DNA from: Eledone cirrhosa
Taxonomy: Eukaryota
DNA: 64,000 nucleotides
Assembly: GCA_964016885.1 (NCBI GenBank)
Contig: OZ024749.1
Coordinates: 14,260,001 to 14,324,000, forward strand
Reading direction: 5' to 3'
Made by a program: the position numbers and the translations under genes. The notes under the pieces are model-generated. The model was not told where the DNA came from. It saw only the letters and a list, made by a program, of their open reading frames with translations, and did not search any database. The stretch's first letter is position 1; every line of letters starts with the position of its first letter. Positions 13,734 to 29,700 of the stretch are shown here, one piece after another.

Positions 13734-13925
13734 ATCTATCAGTGTTGTACTTGTCTGGCAAGTGACTGTGTTGAAACTAAAACAATTACACCTTGGAAGA
13801 GTCATTGTAACCATTTAAAAACATACATAACCTCCATTAACATTACTCTATAAATATATGTATGTATGTATATATATATATATATCCACCTTTAATTTTA
13901 TCGATATATATATATATATATATAT

Positions 13926-13985
13926 GTCCCACCCTTGCAAGCAGGGAAAAGCGGAGGTAAAATGATAATGAAAATGATGATGATA
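13926..13985 (+). mobile_element. Ultra-short RTE insertion (last ~35 nt plus GAT tail) in (TA)n
   Basis: GTCCCACCCTTGCAAGCAGGGAAAAGCGGAGGTAAAATGAT is nearly identical to the reverse complement of 2578-2618. Confidence 0.85.
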
Positions 13986-14106
13986 TAATTTATCAGAAAT
14001 ATAAATTATATATACAAATAAAATAAAATTAAGAGTTACATGTGCTTTGAAACAGAAATGATTCTTCCATGGTGTAATTGCTATATATATATAGAGAGAG
14101 AGAGCA

Positions 14107-14150
<44 letters not shown>

Positions 14151-14324
14151 CAATTTATTTATATATATAGCAATTTATATATATACATATATATAATCGA
14201 TGAAAACAACAATTAAAAATATTATTCATATAAACTTTTACAAGTTTTTTATTAAAAGATATTTCTGTCCAATTTATTGTGTTTTTCTTCTTTGATTTAT
14301 GTTTCTTTTATCATTATTATTAAA

Positions 14325-14520
14325 AGTATCAGTAGAGTGTCAGACACCATGTTTTGTAACATAGAGTTATGACCCTTTACGTTCTGAGTTAAAATCTCAC
14401 TTAGGTTAGCTTATGGCGTCGATAAAATAAAGTACCAGTAATGCGCTGGGGTTGATTTAATCGACTTTCCCTGTAGCAAAAAAATTGCTGGCCTTGTGCC
14501 TAAATCACAAATTATTATTA
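14325..14520 (+). mobile_element. tRNA-derived SINE (Nin-domain-like), 5'-eroded, with a (TTA)n tail
   Basis: …TTTACGTTCTGAGTTAAAATC…GTCGATAAAATAAAGTACCAG…TAATCGACT…AAATTGCTGGCCTTGTGCC; homologous to the copies at 33765-34670. Confidence 0.75.
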
Positions 14521-14620
14521 TTATTATTTATTATTCATAACACTTTTGCTCCAGCAGATGTTATACCAAAAGAGTGAGCCATGGCCAATGGCCAAATGCT
14601 TTTTAGGTCATTCCTTTTCT

Positions 14621-17600
14621 TCAACTTTCCAACACCCTTCTTAGAATTCTGGCTGGTCCCAGTAAGGCTGTTTTCTGCAACAATCCTGTCCTGATGGTAA
14701 TTCCTATCTTCTCAAGCCAGGCACCAACCTTCTACTAACTGATCCCAGTGTACCAAACACAGTCGGTACCACTTCCAGATGTCTAACCTTCTACTAACTT
14801 CTCCCAGTGTACCAACCACAGTCGGTACCACTTCTACATGTCTAACCTTCTACTAACTGCTCCCAGTATACCAACCACAATTGGTACCACTTCTACATGT
14901 CTAACCTTCTACTAACTGCTCCCAGTATACCAACCACAATTGGTACCACTTCTACATGTCTAACCTTCTACTAACTGCTCCCAGTATACCAACCACAATT
15001 GGTACCACTTCTACATGTCTAACCTTCTACTAACTGCTCCCAGTATACCAACCACAATTGGTACCACTTCTACATGTCTAACCTTCTACTAACTGCTCCC
15101 AGTATACCAACCACAATTGGTACCACTTCTACATGTCTAACCTTCTACTAACTGCTCCCAGTGTACCAACCACAGTCGGTACCACTTCTACATGTCTAAC
15201 CTTCTACTAACTGCTCCCAGTGTACCAACCACAATTGGTACCACTTCCAGATGTCTAACCTTCTACTAACTTCTCCCAGTGTACCAACCACAGTCGGTAC
15301 CACTTCTACATGTCTAACCTTCTACTAACTGCTCCCAGTATACCAACCACAATTGGTACCACTTCTACATGTCTAACCTTCTACTAACTGCTCCCAGTAT
15401 ACCAACCACAATTGGTACCACTTCTACATGTCTAACCTTCTACTAACTGCTCCCAGTGTACCAACCACAGTCGGTACCACTTCTACATGTCTAACCTTCT
15501 ACTAACTGCTCCCAGTGTACCAACCATAATCGGTACCACTTCTACATGTCTAACCTTCTACTAACTGCTCCCAGTGTACCAACCACAGTCGGTACCACTT
15601 CTACATGTCTAACCTTCTAACTTCTCCCAGTGTACCAACCACAGTCGGTACCACTTCTAGATGTCTAACCTTCTACTAACTGCTCCCAGTGTACCAACCA
15701 CAGTCGGTACCACTTCTACATGTCTAACCTTCTAACTTCTCCCAGTACACCAACTACAATTGGTACCACTTCTACATGTCTAACCTTCTAACTTCTCCCA
15801 GTGTACCAACCACAGTCGGTACCACTTCTACATGTCTAACCTTCTAACTTCTCCCAGTGTACCAACCACAGTCGGTACCACTTCTACATGTCTAACCTTC
15901 TACTAACTGCTCCCAGTGTACCAACCACAGTCGGTACCACTTCTACATGTCCAACCTTCTAACTTCTCCCAGTGTACCAACCACAGTCGGTACCACTTCT
16001 ACATGTCTAACCTTCTACTAACTGCTCCCAGTACACCAACCACAGTCGGTACCACTTCTACATGTCTAACCTTCTACTAACTGCTCCCAGTACACCAACC
16101 ACAGTCGGTACCACTTCTACATGTCTAACCTTCTATTAACTGCTCCCAGTACACCAACCACAGTCGGTACCACTTCTACACGTCTAACCTTCTAACTTCT
16201 CCCAGTGTACCAACCACAGTCGGTACCACTTCTACATGTCTAACCTTCTACTAACTGCTCCCAGTACACCAACCACAGTCGGTACCACTTCTACATGTCT
16301 AACCTTCTATTAACTGCTCCCAGTACACCAACCACAGTCGGTACCACTTCTACACGTCTAACCTTCTAACTTCTCCCAGTACACCAACCACAGTCGGTAC
16401 CACTTCTACACGTCTAACCTTCTAACTTCTCTCAGTACACCAACCACAATTGGTACCACTTCTACATGTCTAACCTTCTACTAACTTCTCCCAGTGTACC
16501 AACCACAGTCGGTACCACTTCTACATGTCTAACCTTCTACTAACTTCTCCCAGTGTACCTACCACAGTCGCTACCACTTCTACATGTCTAACCTTCTACT
16601 AACTGCTCCCAGTACACCAACCACAGTCGGTACCACTTCTACATGTCTAACCTTCTACTAACTGCTCCCAGTACACCAACCACAGTCAGTACCACTTCTA
16701 CATGTCTAACCTTCTACTAACTGCTCCCAGTGTACCAACTACAATTGGTACCACTTCTACGTGTCTGATTCTCCAGTTTCCTGACTTCTCTCTTCAACTC
16801 CTGGTATTTCTCAACTTTCACATTTCCCCTCTCATCCACCTTGTGGTCCCATGGTGAAGCAATATCCACAATATATACCTTGTTATTCTTCTTTTCTACA
16901 ACAACAATGTCAGGCTTTCTAGCCATGATAAAATGGTCACAGTGGATGGTCATGTCCCACAAGACATATAATGTTCATTTTGAGCCACCCTTTCTGGTTG
17001 GTGTTCATAGCATTTCTACCTTCTGCTCATGTCATACTTATGACAGAGGTTCCAGTGAACCAATCTGACAATGTTGTCGTGCCTTCTCTAGTACTCTTTC
17101 TCAGCAAACATCTTACATTCAGTAATAATGTGGTTTATTGTCTCACCTTTCTCACCAGACAGCCTACAAAGTGGGGAATTCACTGATTTGTCAATATTGA
17201 ACTTAATATAGTTTGTTTTTAGTGCCTGTTCCTGGGCTGCAAAAATAAGGGCCTCGGATTCAACGTTTAAGTCACTTTTCGTAGTCCATTCCCAGTTTCC
17301 ATCTTTGTCAACTGCCTCAGACATTTTACGTATGAATTGACCATACATTTTTCTTCCATCTATTCAATGTGTCATTCTGTCTGTCTTGTTTAAATTCTCC
17401 CTTTTCTTTTGTTTCATCCCTGTTTAGGACCTTTATCTTCTTACTCCTGCCATCAATCTCTCCTTTGAATTCTTTACAAACCATCCCAGATTATATTCCT
17501 CCAACTTCATACATATTTCACAGCTAATGAGACCTCTTCCTCCTTTCTGTTGTGATAGATACAACCTGTCCACGTCACTTTTAGGGTGTAGAGCCCCTTG

Positions 17601-17730
17601 TAGTGTCATCATTTTGCTGGTATTTCTACCAAGCTCCTTAAGTTCATCACATCTCCACTCTATCACACCAGCAATATATAGTAGCACTGCAACAGCCCAT
17701 CTGTTGGATGCCAGTACCTTATTCCTACCA
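14621..17730 (-). pseudogene. Degenerate C-terminal ORF (post-RT region, CCHC knuckle, PD-(D/E)xK endonuclease) of the R4/Dong-like LINE
   Basis: ORF fragments 17433-17687, 17088-17348 and 16717-16962 are separated by stops and frameshifts, and the ORF is interrupted by the 59-bp array. Confidence 0.88.
14726..16766. repeat. 59-bp tandem array (~35 copies, some 55-bp variants) derived from the LINE endonuclease coding region
   Basis: Unit AACCTTCTACTAACTGCTCCCAGTGTACCAACCACAGTCGGTACCACTTCTACATGTCT; its minus strand corresponds to RHVEVVP[I/T]VVGTLGAVSRR. Confidence 0.97.
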
Positions 17731-20700
17731 CTCTATCACACCAGCACTATACTGTAGCACTGCAACAGCCCATGTGTTGGATGCCAGTACCTTATTCCTA
17801 CCACTCTATCACACCAGTGCTATACTGTAGCACTGCAACAGCCCATGTGTTGGATGCCAGTACCTTATTCCTACCACTCTATCACACCAGCACTATACTG
17901 TAGCACTGCAACAGCCCATGTGTTGGATGCCAGTACCTTATTCCTACCACTCTATCACACCAGTGCTATACTGTAGCATTGCAACAGCCCATGTGTTAGA
18001 TGCCAGTACCTTATTCCTACCACTCTATCACACCAGCACTATACTGTAGCACTGCAACAGCCCATGTGTTGGATGCCAGTACCTTATTCCTACCACTCTA
18101 TCACACCAGTGCTATACTGTAGCACTGCAACAGCCCATGTGTTGGATGCCAGTACCTTATTCCTACCACTCTATCACACCAGTGCTATACTGTAGCACTG
18201 CAACAGCCCATGTGTTGGATGCCAGTACCTTATTCCTACCACTCTATCACACCAGCGCTATACTGTAGCACTGCAACAGCCCATGTGTTGGATGCCAGTA
18301 CCTTATTCCTACCACTCTATCACACCAGCACTATACTGTAGCACTGCAACAGCCCATGTGTTGGATGCCAGTACCTTATTCCTACCACTCTATCACACCA
18401 GCACTATACTGTAGCACTGCAACAGCCCATGTGTTGGATGCCAGTACCTTATTCCTACCACTCTATCACACCAGTGCTATACTGTAGCACTGCAACAGCC
18501 CATCTGTTGGATGCCAGTACCTTATTCCTACCACTCTATCACACCAGCACTATACTGTAGCACTGCAACAGCCCATCTGTTGGATGCCAGTACCTTATTC
18601 CTACCACTCTATCACACCAGCACTATACTGTAGCATTGCAACAGCCCATGTGTTGGATGCCAGTACCTTATTCCTACCACTCTATCACACCAGTGCTATA
18701 CTGTAGCACTGCAACAGCCCATCTGTTGGATGCCAGTACCTTATTCCTACCACTCTATCACACCAGCACTATACTGTAGCATTGCAACAGCCCATGTGTT
18801 GGATGCCAGTACCTTATTCCTACCACTCTATCACACCAGTGCTATACTGTAGCACTGCAACAGCCCATCTGTTGGATGCCAGTACCTTATTCCTACCACT
18901 CTATCACACCAGTGCTATACTGTAGCACTGCAACAGCCCATCTGTTGGATGCCAATACCTTATTCCTACCACTCTATCACACCAGCACTATACTGTAGCA
19001 CTGCAACAGCCCATCTGTTGGATGCCAGTACCTTATTCCTACCACTCTATCACACCAGTGCTATACTGTAGCACTGCAACAGCCCATCTGTTGGATGCCA
19101 GTACCTTATTCCTACCACTCTATCACACCAGCGCTATACTGTAGCACTGCAACAGCCCATCTGTTGGATGCCAGTACCTTATTCCTACCACTCTATCACA
19201 CCAGTGCTATACTGTAGCACTGCAACAGCCCATGTGTTGGATGCCAGTACCTTATTCCTACCACTCTATCACACCAGCGCTATACTGTAGCACTGCAACA
19301 GCCCATGTGTTGGATGCCAGTACCTTATTCCTACCACTCTATCACACCAGCACTATACTGTAGCACTGCAACAGCCCATGTGTTGGATGCCAGTACCTTA
19401 TTCCTACCACTCTATCACACCAGCACTATACTGTAGCACTGCAACAGCCCATGTGTTGGATGCCAGTACCTTATTCCTACCACTCTATCACACCAGTGCT
19501 ATACTGTAGCACTGCAACAGCCCATCTGTTGGATGCCAGTACCTTATTCCTACCACTCTATCACACCAGCACTATACTGTAGCACTGCAACAGCCCATCT
19601 GTTGGATGCCAGTACCTTATTCCTACCACTCTATCACACCAGCACTATACTGTAGCATTGCAACAGCCCATGTGTTGGATGCCAGTACCTTATTCCTACC
19701 ACTCTATCACACCAGTGCTATACTGTAGCACTGCAACAGCCCATCTGTTGGATGCCAGTACCTTATTCCTACCACTCTATCACACCAGCACTATACTGTA
19801 GCATTGCAACAGCCCATGTGTTGGATGCCAGTACCTTATTCCTACCACTCTATCACACCAGTGCTATACTGTAGCACTGCAACAGCCCATCTGTTGGATG
19901 CCAGTACCTTATTCCTACCACTCTATCACACCAGTGCTATACTGTAGCACTGCAACAGCCCATCTGTTGGATGCCAATACCTTATTCCTACCACTCTATC
20001 ACACCAGCACTATACTGTAGCACTGCAACAGCCCATCTGTTGGATGCCAGTACCTTATTCCTACCACTCTATCACACCAGTGCTATACTGTAGCACTGCA
20101 ACAGCCCATCTGTTGGATGCCAGTACCTTATTCCTACCACTCTATCACACCAGCGCTATACTGTAGCACTGCAACAGCCCATCTGTTGGATGCCAGTACC
20201 TTATTCCTACCACTCTATCACACCAGTGCTATACTGTAGCACTGCAACAACCCATGTGTTGGATGCCAGTACCTTATTCCTACCACTCTATCACACCAGC
20301 ACTATACTGTAGCACTGCAACAACCCATGTGTTGGATGCCAGTACCTTATTCCTACCACTCTATCACACCAGTGCTATACTGTAGCACTGCAACAGCCCA
20401 TGTGTTGGATGCCAGTACCTTATTCCTACCACTCTATCACACCAGCACTATACTGTAGCACTGCAACAGCCCATCTGTTGGATGCCAGTACCTTATTCCT
20501 ATGACTCTATCACACCAGCACTATACTGTAGCACTGCAACAGCCCATCTGTTGGATGCCAGTACCTTATTCCTACCACTCTATCACACCAGCGCTATACT
20601 GTAGCACTGCAACAGCCCATCTGTTGGATGCCAGTACCTTATTCCTACCTCTCTATCACACCAGCACTATACTGTAGCACTGCAACAGCCCATCTGTTGG

Positions 20701-23700
20701 ATGCCAGTACCTTATTCCTACCACTCTATCACACCAGCACTATACTGTAGTACTGCAACAGCCCATCTGTTGGATGCCAGTACCTTATTCCTACCACTCT
20801 ATCACACCAGCACTATACTGTAGTACTGCAACAGCCCATCTGTTGGATGCCAGTACCTTATTCCTACCACTCTATCACACCAGCACTATACTGTAGTACT
20901 GCAACAACCCATCTGTTGGATGCCAGTACCTTATTCCTACCACTCTATCACACCAGCACTATACTGTAGTACTGCAACAGCCCATCTGTTGGATGCCAGT
21001 ACCTTATTCCTACCACTCTATCACACCAGCGCTATACTGTAGCACTGCAACAGCCCATCTGTTGGATGCCAGTACCTTATTCCTACCACTCTATCACACC
21101 AGCACTATACTGTAGCACTGCAACAACCCATGTGTTGGATGCCAATACCTTATTCCTACCACTCTATCACACCAGCAATATATAGTAGCACTGCAACAGC
21201 CCATCTGTTGGATGCCAGTACCTTATTCCTACCACTCTATCACACCAGCACTATACTGTAGTACTGCAACAGCCCATCTGTTGGATGCCAGTACCTTATT
21301 CCTACCACTCTATCACACCAGCACTATACTGTAGTACTGCAACAGCCCATCTGTTGGATGCCAGTACCTTATTCCTACCACTCTATCACACCAGTGCTAT
21401 ACTGTAGCACTGCAACAGCCCATGTGTTGGATGCCAGTACCTTATTCCTACCACTCTATCACACCAGTGCTATACTGTAGCATTGCAACAGCCCATGTGT
21501 TGGATGCCAGTACCTTATTCCTACCACTCTATCACACCAGTGCTATACTGTAGCACTGCAACAGCCCATGTGTTGGATGCCAGTACCTTATTCCTACCAC
21601 TCTATCACACCAGTGCTATACTGTAGCACTGCAACAGCCCATCTGTTGGATGCCAGTACCTTATTCCTACCACTCTATCACACCAGCGCTATACTGTAGC
21701 ACTGCAACAGCCCATCTGTTGGATGCCAGTACCTTATTCCTACCACTCTATCACACCAGTGCTATACTGTAGCACTGCAACAGCCCATCTGTTGGATGCC
21801 AGTACCTTATTCCTACCACTCTATCACACCAGTGCTATACTGTAGCACTGCAACAGCCCATCTGTTGGATGCCAGTACCTTATTCCTACCACTCTATCAC
21901 ACCAGCACTATACTGTAGCACTGCAACAGCCCATGTGTTGGATGCCAGTACCTTATTCCTACCACTCTATCACACCAGCACTATACTGTAGCACTGCAAC
22001 AGCCCATCTGTTGGATGCCAGTACCTTATTCCTACCACTCTATCACACCAGCACTATACTGTAGCACTGCAACAGCCCATCTGTTGGATGCCAGTACCTT
22101 ATTCCGACCACTCTATCACACCAGCGCTATACTGTAGCACTGCAACAGCCCATCTGTTGGATGCCAGTACCTTATTCCTACCACTCTATCACACCAGCGC
22201 TATACTGTAGCACTGCAACAGCCCATCTGTTGGATGCCAGTACCTTATTCCTACCACTCTATCACACCAGCACTATACTGTAGCACTGCAACAGCCCATG
22301 TGTTGGATGCCAGTACCTTATTCCTACCACTCTATCACACCAGCACTATACTGTAGCACTGCAACAGCCCATCTGTTGGATGCCAGTACCTTATTCCTAC
22401 CACTCTATCACACCAGCACTATACTGTAGCACTGCAACAGCCCATCTGTTGGATGCCAGTACCTTATTCCGACCACTCTATCACACCAGCGCTATACTGT
22501 AGCACTGCAACAGCCCATCTGTTGGATGCCAGTACCTTATTCCTACCACTCTATCACACCAGCGCTATACTGTAGCACTGCAACAGCCCATCTGTTGGAT
22601 GCCAGTACCTTATTCCTACCACTCTATCACACCAGCACTATACTGTAGCACTGCAACAGCCCATCTGTTGGATGCCAGTACCTTATTCCTACCACTCTAT
22701 CACACCAGCGCTATACTGTAGCACTGCAACAGCCCATCTGTTGGATGCCAGTACCTTATTCCTACCACTCTATCACACCAGCGCTATACTGTAGCACTGC
22801 AACAGCCCATGTGTTGGATGCCAGTACCTTATTCCTACCACTCTATCACACCAGCACTATACTGTAGCACTGCAACAGCCCATCTGTTGGATGCCAGTAC
22901 CTTATTCCTACCACTCTATCACACCAGCACTATACTGTAGCACTGCAACAGCCCATCTGTTGGATGCCAGTACCTTATTCCTACCACTCTATCACACCAG
23001 TGCTATACTGTAGCACTGCAACAGCCCATCTGTTGGATGCCAGTAGCTTATTCCTACCACTCTATCACACCAGCACTATACTGTAGCACTGCAACAGCCC
23101 ATCTGTTGGATGCCAGTACCTTATTCCGACCACTCTATCACACCAGCACTATACTGTAGCACTGCAACAGCCCATGTGTTGGATGCCAGTACCTTATTCC
23201 TACCACTCTATCACACCAGCACTATACTGTAGCACTGCAACAGCCCATCTGTTGGATGCCAGTACCTTATTCCGACCACTCTATCACACCAGTGCTATAC
23301 TGTAGCACTGCAACAGCCCATCTGTTGGATGCCAGTACCTTATTCCTACCACTCTATCACACCAGCACTATACTGTAGCACTGCAACAGCCCATCTGTTG
23401 GATGCCAGTACCTTATTCCTACCACTCTATCACACCAGCACTATACTGTAGCACTGCAACAGCCCATCTGTTGGATGCCAGTACCTTATTCCTACCACTC
23501 TATCACACCAGCACTATACTGTAGCACTGCAACAGCCCATCTGTTGGATGCCAGTACCTTATTCCGACCACTCTATCACACCAGCACTATACTGTAGCAC
23601 TGCAACAGCCCATGTGTTGGATGCCAGTACCTTATTCCTACCACTCTATCACACCAGCACTATACTGTAGCACTGCAACAGCCCATCTGTTGGATGCCAG

Positions 23701-26700
23701 TACCTTATTCCGACCACTCTATCACACCAGTGCTATACTGTAGCACTGCAACAGCCCATCTGTTGGATGCCAGTACCTTATTCCTACCACTCTATCACAC
23801 CAGCACTATACTGTAGCACTGCAACAGCCCATCTGTTGGATGCCAGTACCTTATTCCTACCACTCTATCACACCAGCACTATACTGTAGCACTGCAACAG
23901 CCCATCTGTTGGATGCCAGTACCTTATTCCTACCACTCTATCACACCAGCGCTATACTGTAGCACTGCAACAGCCCATGTGTTGGATGCCAGTACCTTAT
24001 TCCTACCACTCTATCACACCAGCGCTATACTGTAGCACTGCAACAGCCCATCTGTTGGATGCCAGTACCTTATTCCTACCACTCTATCACACCAGCGCTA
24101 TACTGTAGCACTGCAACAGCCCATCTGTTGGATGCCAGTACCTTATTCCTACCACTCTATCACACCAGTGCTATACTGTAGCACTGCAACAGCCCATCTG
24201 TTGGATGCCAGTACCTTATTCCGACCACTCTATCACACCAGTGCTATACTGTAGCACTGCAACAGCCCATCTGTTGGATGCCAGTACCTTATTCCTACCA
24301 CTCTATCACACCAGTGCTATACTGTAGCACTGCAACAGCCCATCTGTTGGATGCCAGTACCTTATTCCGACCACTCTATCACACCAGCACTATACTGTAG
24401 CACTGCAACAGCCCATCTGTTGGATGCCAGTACCTTATTCCTACCTCTCTATCACACCAGTGCTATACTGTAGCACTGCAACAGCCCATGTGTTGGATGC
24501 CAGTACCTTATTCCGACCACTCTATCACACCAGTGCTATACTGTAGCACTGCAACAGCCCATCTGTTGGATGCCAGTACCTTATTCCGACCACTCTATCA
24601 CACCAGTGCTATACTGTAGCACTGCAACAGCCCATCTGTTGGATGCCAGTACCTTATTCCTACCACTCTATCACACCAGCACTATACTGTAGCACTGCAA
24701 CAGCCCATCTGTTGGATGCCAGTACCTTATTCCTACCACTCTATCACACCAGCGCTATACTGTAGCACTGCAACAGCCCATGTGTTGGATGCCAGTACCT
24801 TATTCCTACCACTCTATCACACCAGCGCTATACTGTAGCACTGCAACAGCCCATCTGTTGGATGCCAGTACCTTATTCCTACCACTCTATCACACCAGTG
24901 CTATACTGTAGCACTGCAACAGCCCATCTGTTGGATGCCAGTACCTTATTCCGACCACTCTATCACACCAGTGCTATACTGTAGCACTGCAACAGCCCAT
25001 CTGTTGGATGCCAGTACCTTATTCCTACCACTCTATCACACCAGTGCTATACTGTAGCACTGCAACAGCCCATCTGTTGGATGCCAGTACCTTATTCCGA
25101 CCACTCTATCACACCAGCACTATACTGTAGCACTGCAACAGCCCATCTGTTGGATGCCAGTACCTTATTCCTACCTCTCTATCACACCAGTGCTATACTG
25201 TAGCACTGCAACAGCCCATGTGTTGGATGCCAGTACCTTATTCCGACCACTCTATCACACCAGTGCTATACTGTAGCACTGCAACAGCCCATCTGTTGGA
25301 TGCCAGTACCTTATTCCGACCACTCTATCACACCAGTGCTATACTGTAGCACTGCAACAGCCCATCTGTTGGATGCCAGTACCTTATTCCTACCACTCTA
25401 TCACACCAGCACTATACTGTAGCACTGCAACAGCCCATCTGTTGGATGCCAGTACCTTATTCCTACCACTCTATCACACCAGCACTATACTGTAGCACTG
25501 CAACAGCCCATCTGTTGGATGCCAGTACCTTATTCCGACCACTCTATCACACCAGCACTATACTGTAGCACTGCAACAGCCCATCTGTTGGATGCCAGTA
25601 CCTTATTCCTACCACTCTATCACACCAGCACTATACTGTAGCACTGCAACAGCCCATCTGTTGGATGCCAGTACCTTATTCCGACCACTCTATCACACCA
25701 GTGCTATACTGTAGCACTGCAACAGCCCATCTGTTGGATGCCAGTACCTTATTCCTACCACTCTATCACACCAGCACTATACTGTAGCACTGCAACAGCC
25801 CATCTGTTGGATGCCAGTACCTTATTCCTACCACTCTATCACACCAGCACTATACTGTAGCACTGCAACAGCCCATGTGTTGGATGCCAGTACCTTATTC
25901 CTACCACTCTATCACACCAGCACTATACTGTAGCACTGCAACAGCCCATGTGTTGGATGCCAGTACCTTATTCCTACCACTCTATCACACCAGCACTATA
26001 CTGTAGCACTGCAACAGCCCATGTGTTGGATGCCAGTACCTTATTCCTACCACTCTATCACACCAGCACTATACTGTAGCACTGCAACAGCCCATCTGTT
26101 GGATGCCAGTACCTTATTCCTACCACTCTATCACACCAGCACTATACTGTAGCACTGCAACAGCCCATCTGTTGGATGCCAGTACCTTATTCCTACCACT
26201 CTATCACACCAGCGCTATACTGTAGCACTGCAACAACCCATGTGTTGGATGCCAGTACCTTATTCCTACCACTCTATCACACCAGCGCTATACTGTAGCA
26301 CTGCAACAGCCCATCTGTTGGATGCCAGTACCTTATTCCTACCACTCTATCACACCAGCACTATACTGTAGCACTGCAACAGCCCATCTGTTGGATGCCA
26401 GTACCTTATTCCTACCACTCTATCACACCAGCGCTATACTGTAGCACTGCAACAGCCCATCTGTTGGATGCCAGTACCTTATTCCTACCACTCTATCACA
26501 CCAGCACTATACTGTAGCACTGCAACAGCCCATCTGTTGGATGCCAGTACCTTATTCCTACCACTCTATCACACCAGCACTATACTGTAGCACTGCAACA
26601 GCCCATCTGTTGGATGCCAGTACCTTATTCCTACCACTCTATCACACCAGCACTATACTGTAGCACTGCAACAGCCCATCTGTTGGATGCCAGTACCTTA

Positions 26701-29700
26701 TTCCTACCACTCTATCACACCAGCGCTATACTGTAGCACTGCAACAACCCATGTGTTGGATGCCAATACCTTATTCCTACCACTCTATCACACCAGCACT
26801 ATACTGTAGCACTGCAACAGCCCATCTGTTGGATGCCAGTACCTTATTCCTACCACTCTATCACACCAGCGCTATACTGTAGCACTGCAACAGCCCATGT
26901 GTTGGATGCCAGTACCTTATTCCTACCACTCTATCACACCAGCGCTATACTGTAGCACTGCAACAGCCCATGTGTTGGATGCCAGTACCTTATTCCTACC
27001 ACTCTATCACACCAGTGCTATACTGTAGCACTGCAACAGCCCATCTGTTGGATGCCAGTACCTTATTCCTACCTCTCTATCACACCAGTGCTATACTGTA
27101 GCACTGCAACAGCCCATGTGTTGGATGCCAGTACCTTATTCCGACCACTCTATCACACCAGTGCTATACTGTAGCACTGCAACAGCCCATCTGTTGGATG
27201 CCAGTACCTTATTCCTACCACTCTATCACACCAGTGCTATACTGTAGCACTGCAACAGCCCATCTGTTGGATGCCAGTACCTTATTCCTACCACTCTATC
27301 ACACCAGCACTATACTGTAGCACTGCAACAGCCCATCTGTTGGATGCCAGTACCTTATTCCTACCACTCTATCACACCAGCACTATACTGTAGCACTGCA
27401 ACAGCCCATCTGTTGGATGCCAGTACCTTATTCCTACCACTCTATCACACCAGCACTATACTGTAGCACTGCAACAGCCCATCTGTTGGATGCCAGTACC
27501 TTATTCCGACCACTCTATCACACCAGCACTATACTGTAGCACTGCAACAGCCCATGTGTTGGATGCCAGTACCTTATTCCTACCACTCTATCACACCAGC
27601 ACTATACTGTAGCACTGCAACAGCCCATCTGTTGGATGCCAGTACCTTATTCCGACCACTCTATCACACCAGTGCTATACTGTAGCACTGCAACAGCCCA
27701 TCTGTTGGATGCCAGTACCTTATTCCTACCACTCTATCACACCAGCACTATACTGTAGCACTGCAACAGCCCATCTGTTGGATGCCAGTACCTTATTCCT
27801 ACCACTCTATCACACCAGCACTATACTGTAGCACTGCAACAGCCCATCTGTTGGATGCCAGTACCTTATTCCTACCACTCTATCACACCAGCGCTATACT
27901 GTAGCACTGCAACAGCCCATGTGTTGGATGCCAGTACCTTATTCCTACCACTCTATCACACCAGCGCTATACTGTAGCACTGCAACAGCCCATCTGTTGG
28001 ATGCCAGTACCTTATTCCTACCACTCTATCACACCAGCGCTATACTGTAGCACTGCAACAGCCCATCTGTTGGATGCCAGTACCTTATTCCTACCACTCT
28101 ATCACACCAGTGCTATACTGTAGCACTGCAACAGCCCATCTGTTGGATGCCAGTACCTTATTCCGACCACTCTATCACACCAGTGCTATACTGTAGCACT
28201 GCAACAGCCCATCTGTTGGATGCCAGTACCTTATTCCTACCACTCTATCACACCAGTGCTATACTGTAGCACTGCAACAGCCCATCTGTTGGATGCCAGT
28301 ACCTTATTCCGACCACTCTATCACACCAGCACTATACTGTAGCACTGCAACAGCCCATCTGTTGGATGCCAGTACCTTATTCCTACCTCTCTATCACACC
28401 AGTGCTATACTGTAGCACTGCAACAGCCCATGTGTTGGATGCCAGTACCTTATTCCGACCACTCTATCACACCAGTGCTATACTGTAGCACTGCAACAGC
28501 CCATCTGTTGGATGCCAGTACCTTATTCCGACCACTCTATCACACCAGTGCTATACTGTAGCACTGCAACAGCCCATCTGTTGGATGCCAGTACCTTATT
28601 CCTACCACTCTATCACACCAGCACTATACTGTAGCACTGCAACAGCCCATCTGTTGGATGCCAGTACCTTATTCCTACCACTCTATCACACCAGCGCTAT
28701 ACTGTAGCACTGCAACAGCCCATGTGTTGGATGCCAGTACCTTATTCCTACCACTCTATCACACCAGCGCTATACTGTAGCACTGCAACAGCCCATCTGT
28801 TGGATGCCAGTACCTTATTCCTACCACTCTATCACACCAGTGCTATACTGTAGCACTGCAACAGCCCATCTGTTGGATGCCAGTACCTTATTCCGACCAC
28901 TCTATCACACCAGTGCTATACTGTAGCACTGCAACAGCCCATCTGTTGGATGCCAGTACCTTATTCCTACCACTCTATCACACCAGTGCTATACTGTAGC
29001 ACTGCAACAGCCCATCTGTTGGATGCCAGTACCTTATTCCGACCACTCTATCACACCAGCACTATACTGTAGCACTGCAACAGCCCATCTGTTGGATGCC
29101 AGTACCTTATTCCTACCTCTCTATCACACCAGTGCTATACTGTAGCACTGCAACAGCCCATGTGTTGGATGCCAGTACCTTATTCCGACCACTCTATCAC
29201 ACCAGTGCTATACTGTAGCACTGCAACAGCCCATCTGTTGGATGCCAGTACCTTATTCCGACCACTCTATCACACCAGTGCTATACTGTAGCACTGCAAC
29301 AGCCCATCTGTTGGATGCCAGTACCTTATTCCGACCACTCTATCACACCAGCACTATACTGTAGCACTGCAACAGCCCATCTGTTGGATGCCAGTACCTT
29401 ATTCCTACCACTCTATCACACCAGCACTATACTGTAGCACTGCAACAGCCCATGTGTTGGATGCCAGTACCTTATTCCGACCACTCTATCACACCAGTGC
29501 TATACTGTAGCACTGCAACAGCCCATCTGTTGGATGCCAGTACCTTATTCCGACCACTCTATCACACCAGTGCTATACTGTAGCACTGCAACAGCCCATC
29601 TGTTGGATGCCAGTACCTTATTCCTACCACTCTATCACACCAGCACTATACTGTAGCACTGCAACAGCCCATGTGTTGGATGCCAGTACCTTATTCCTAC

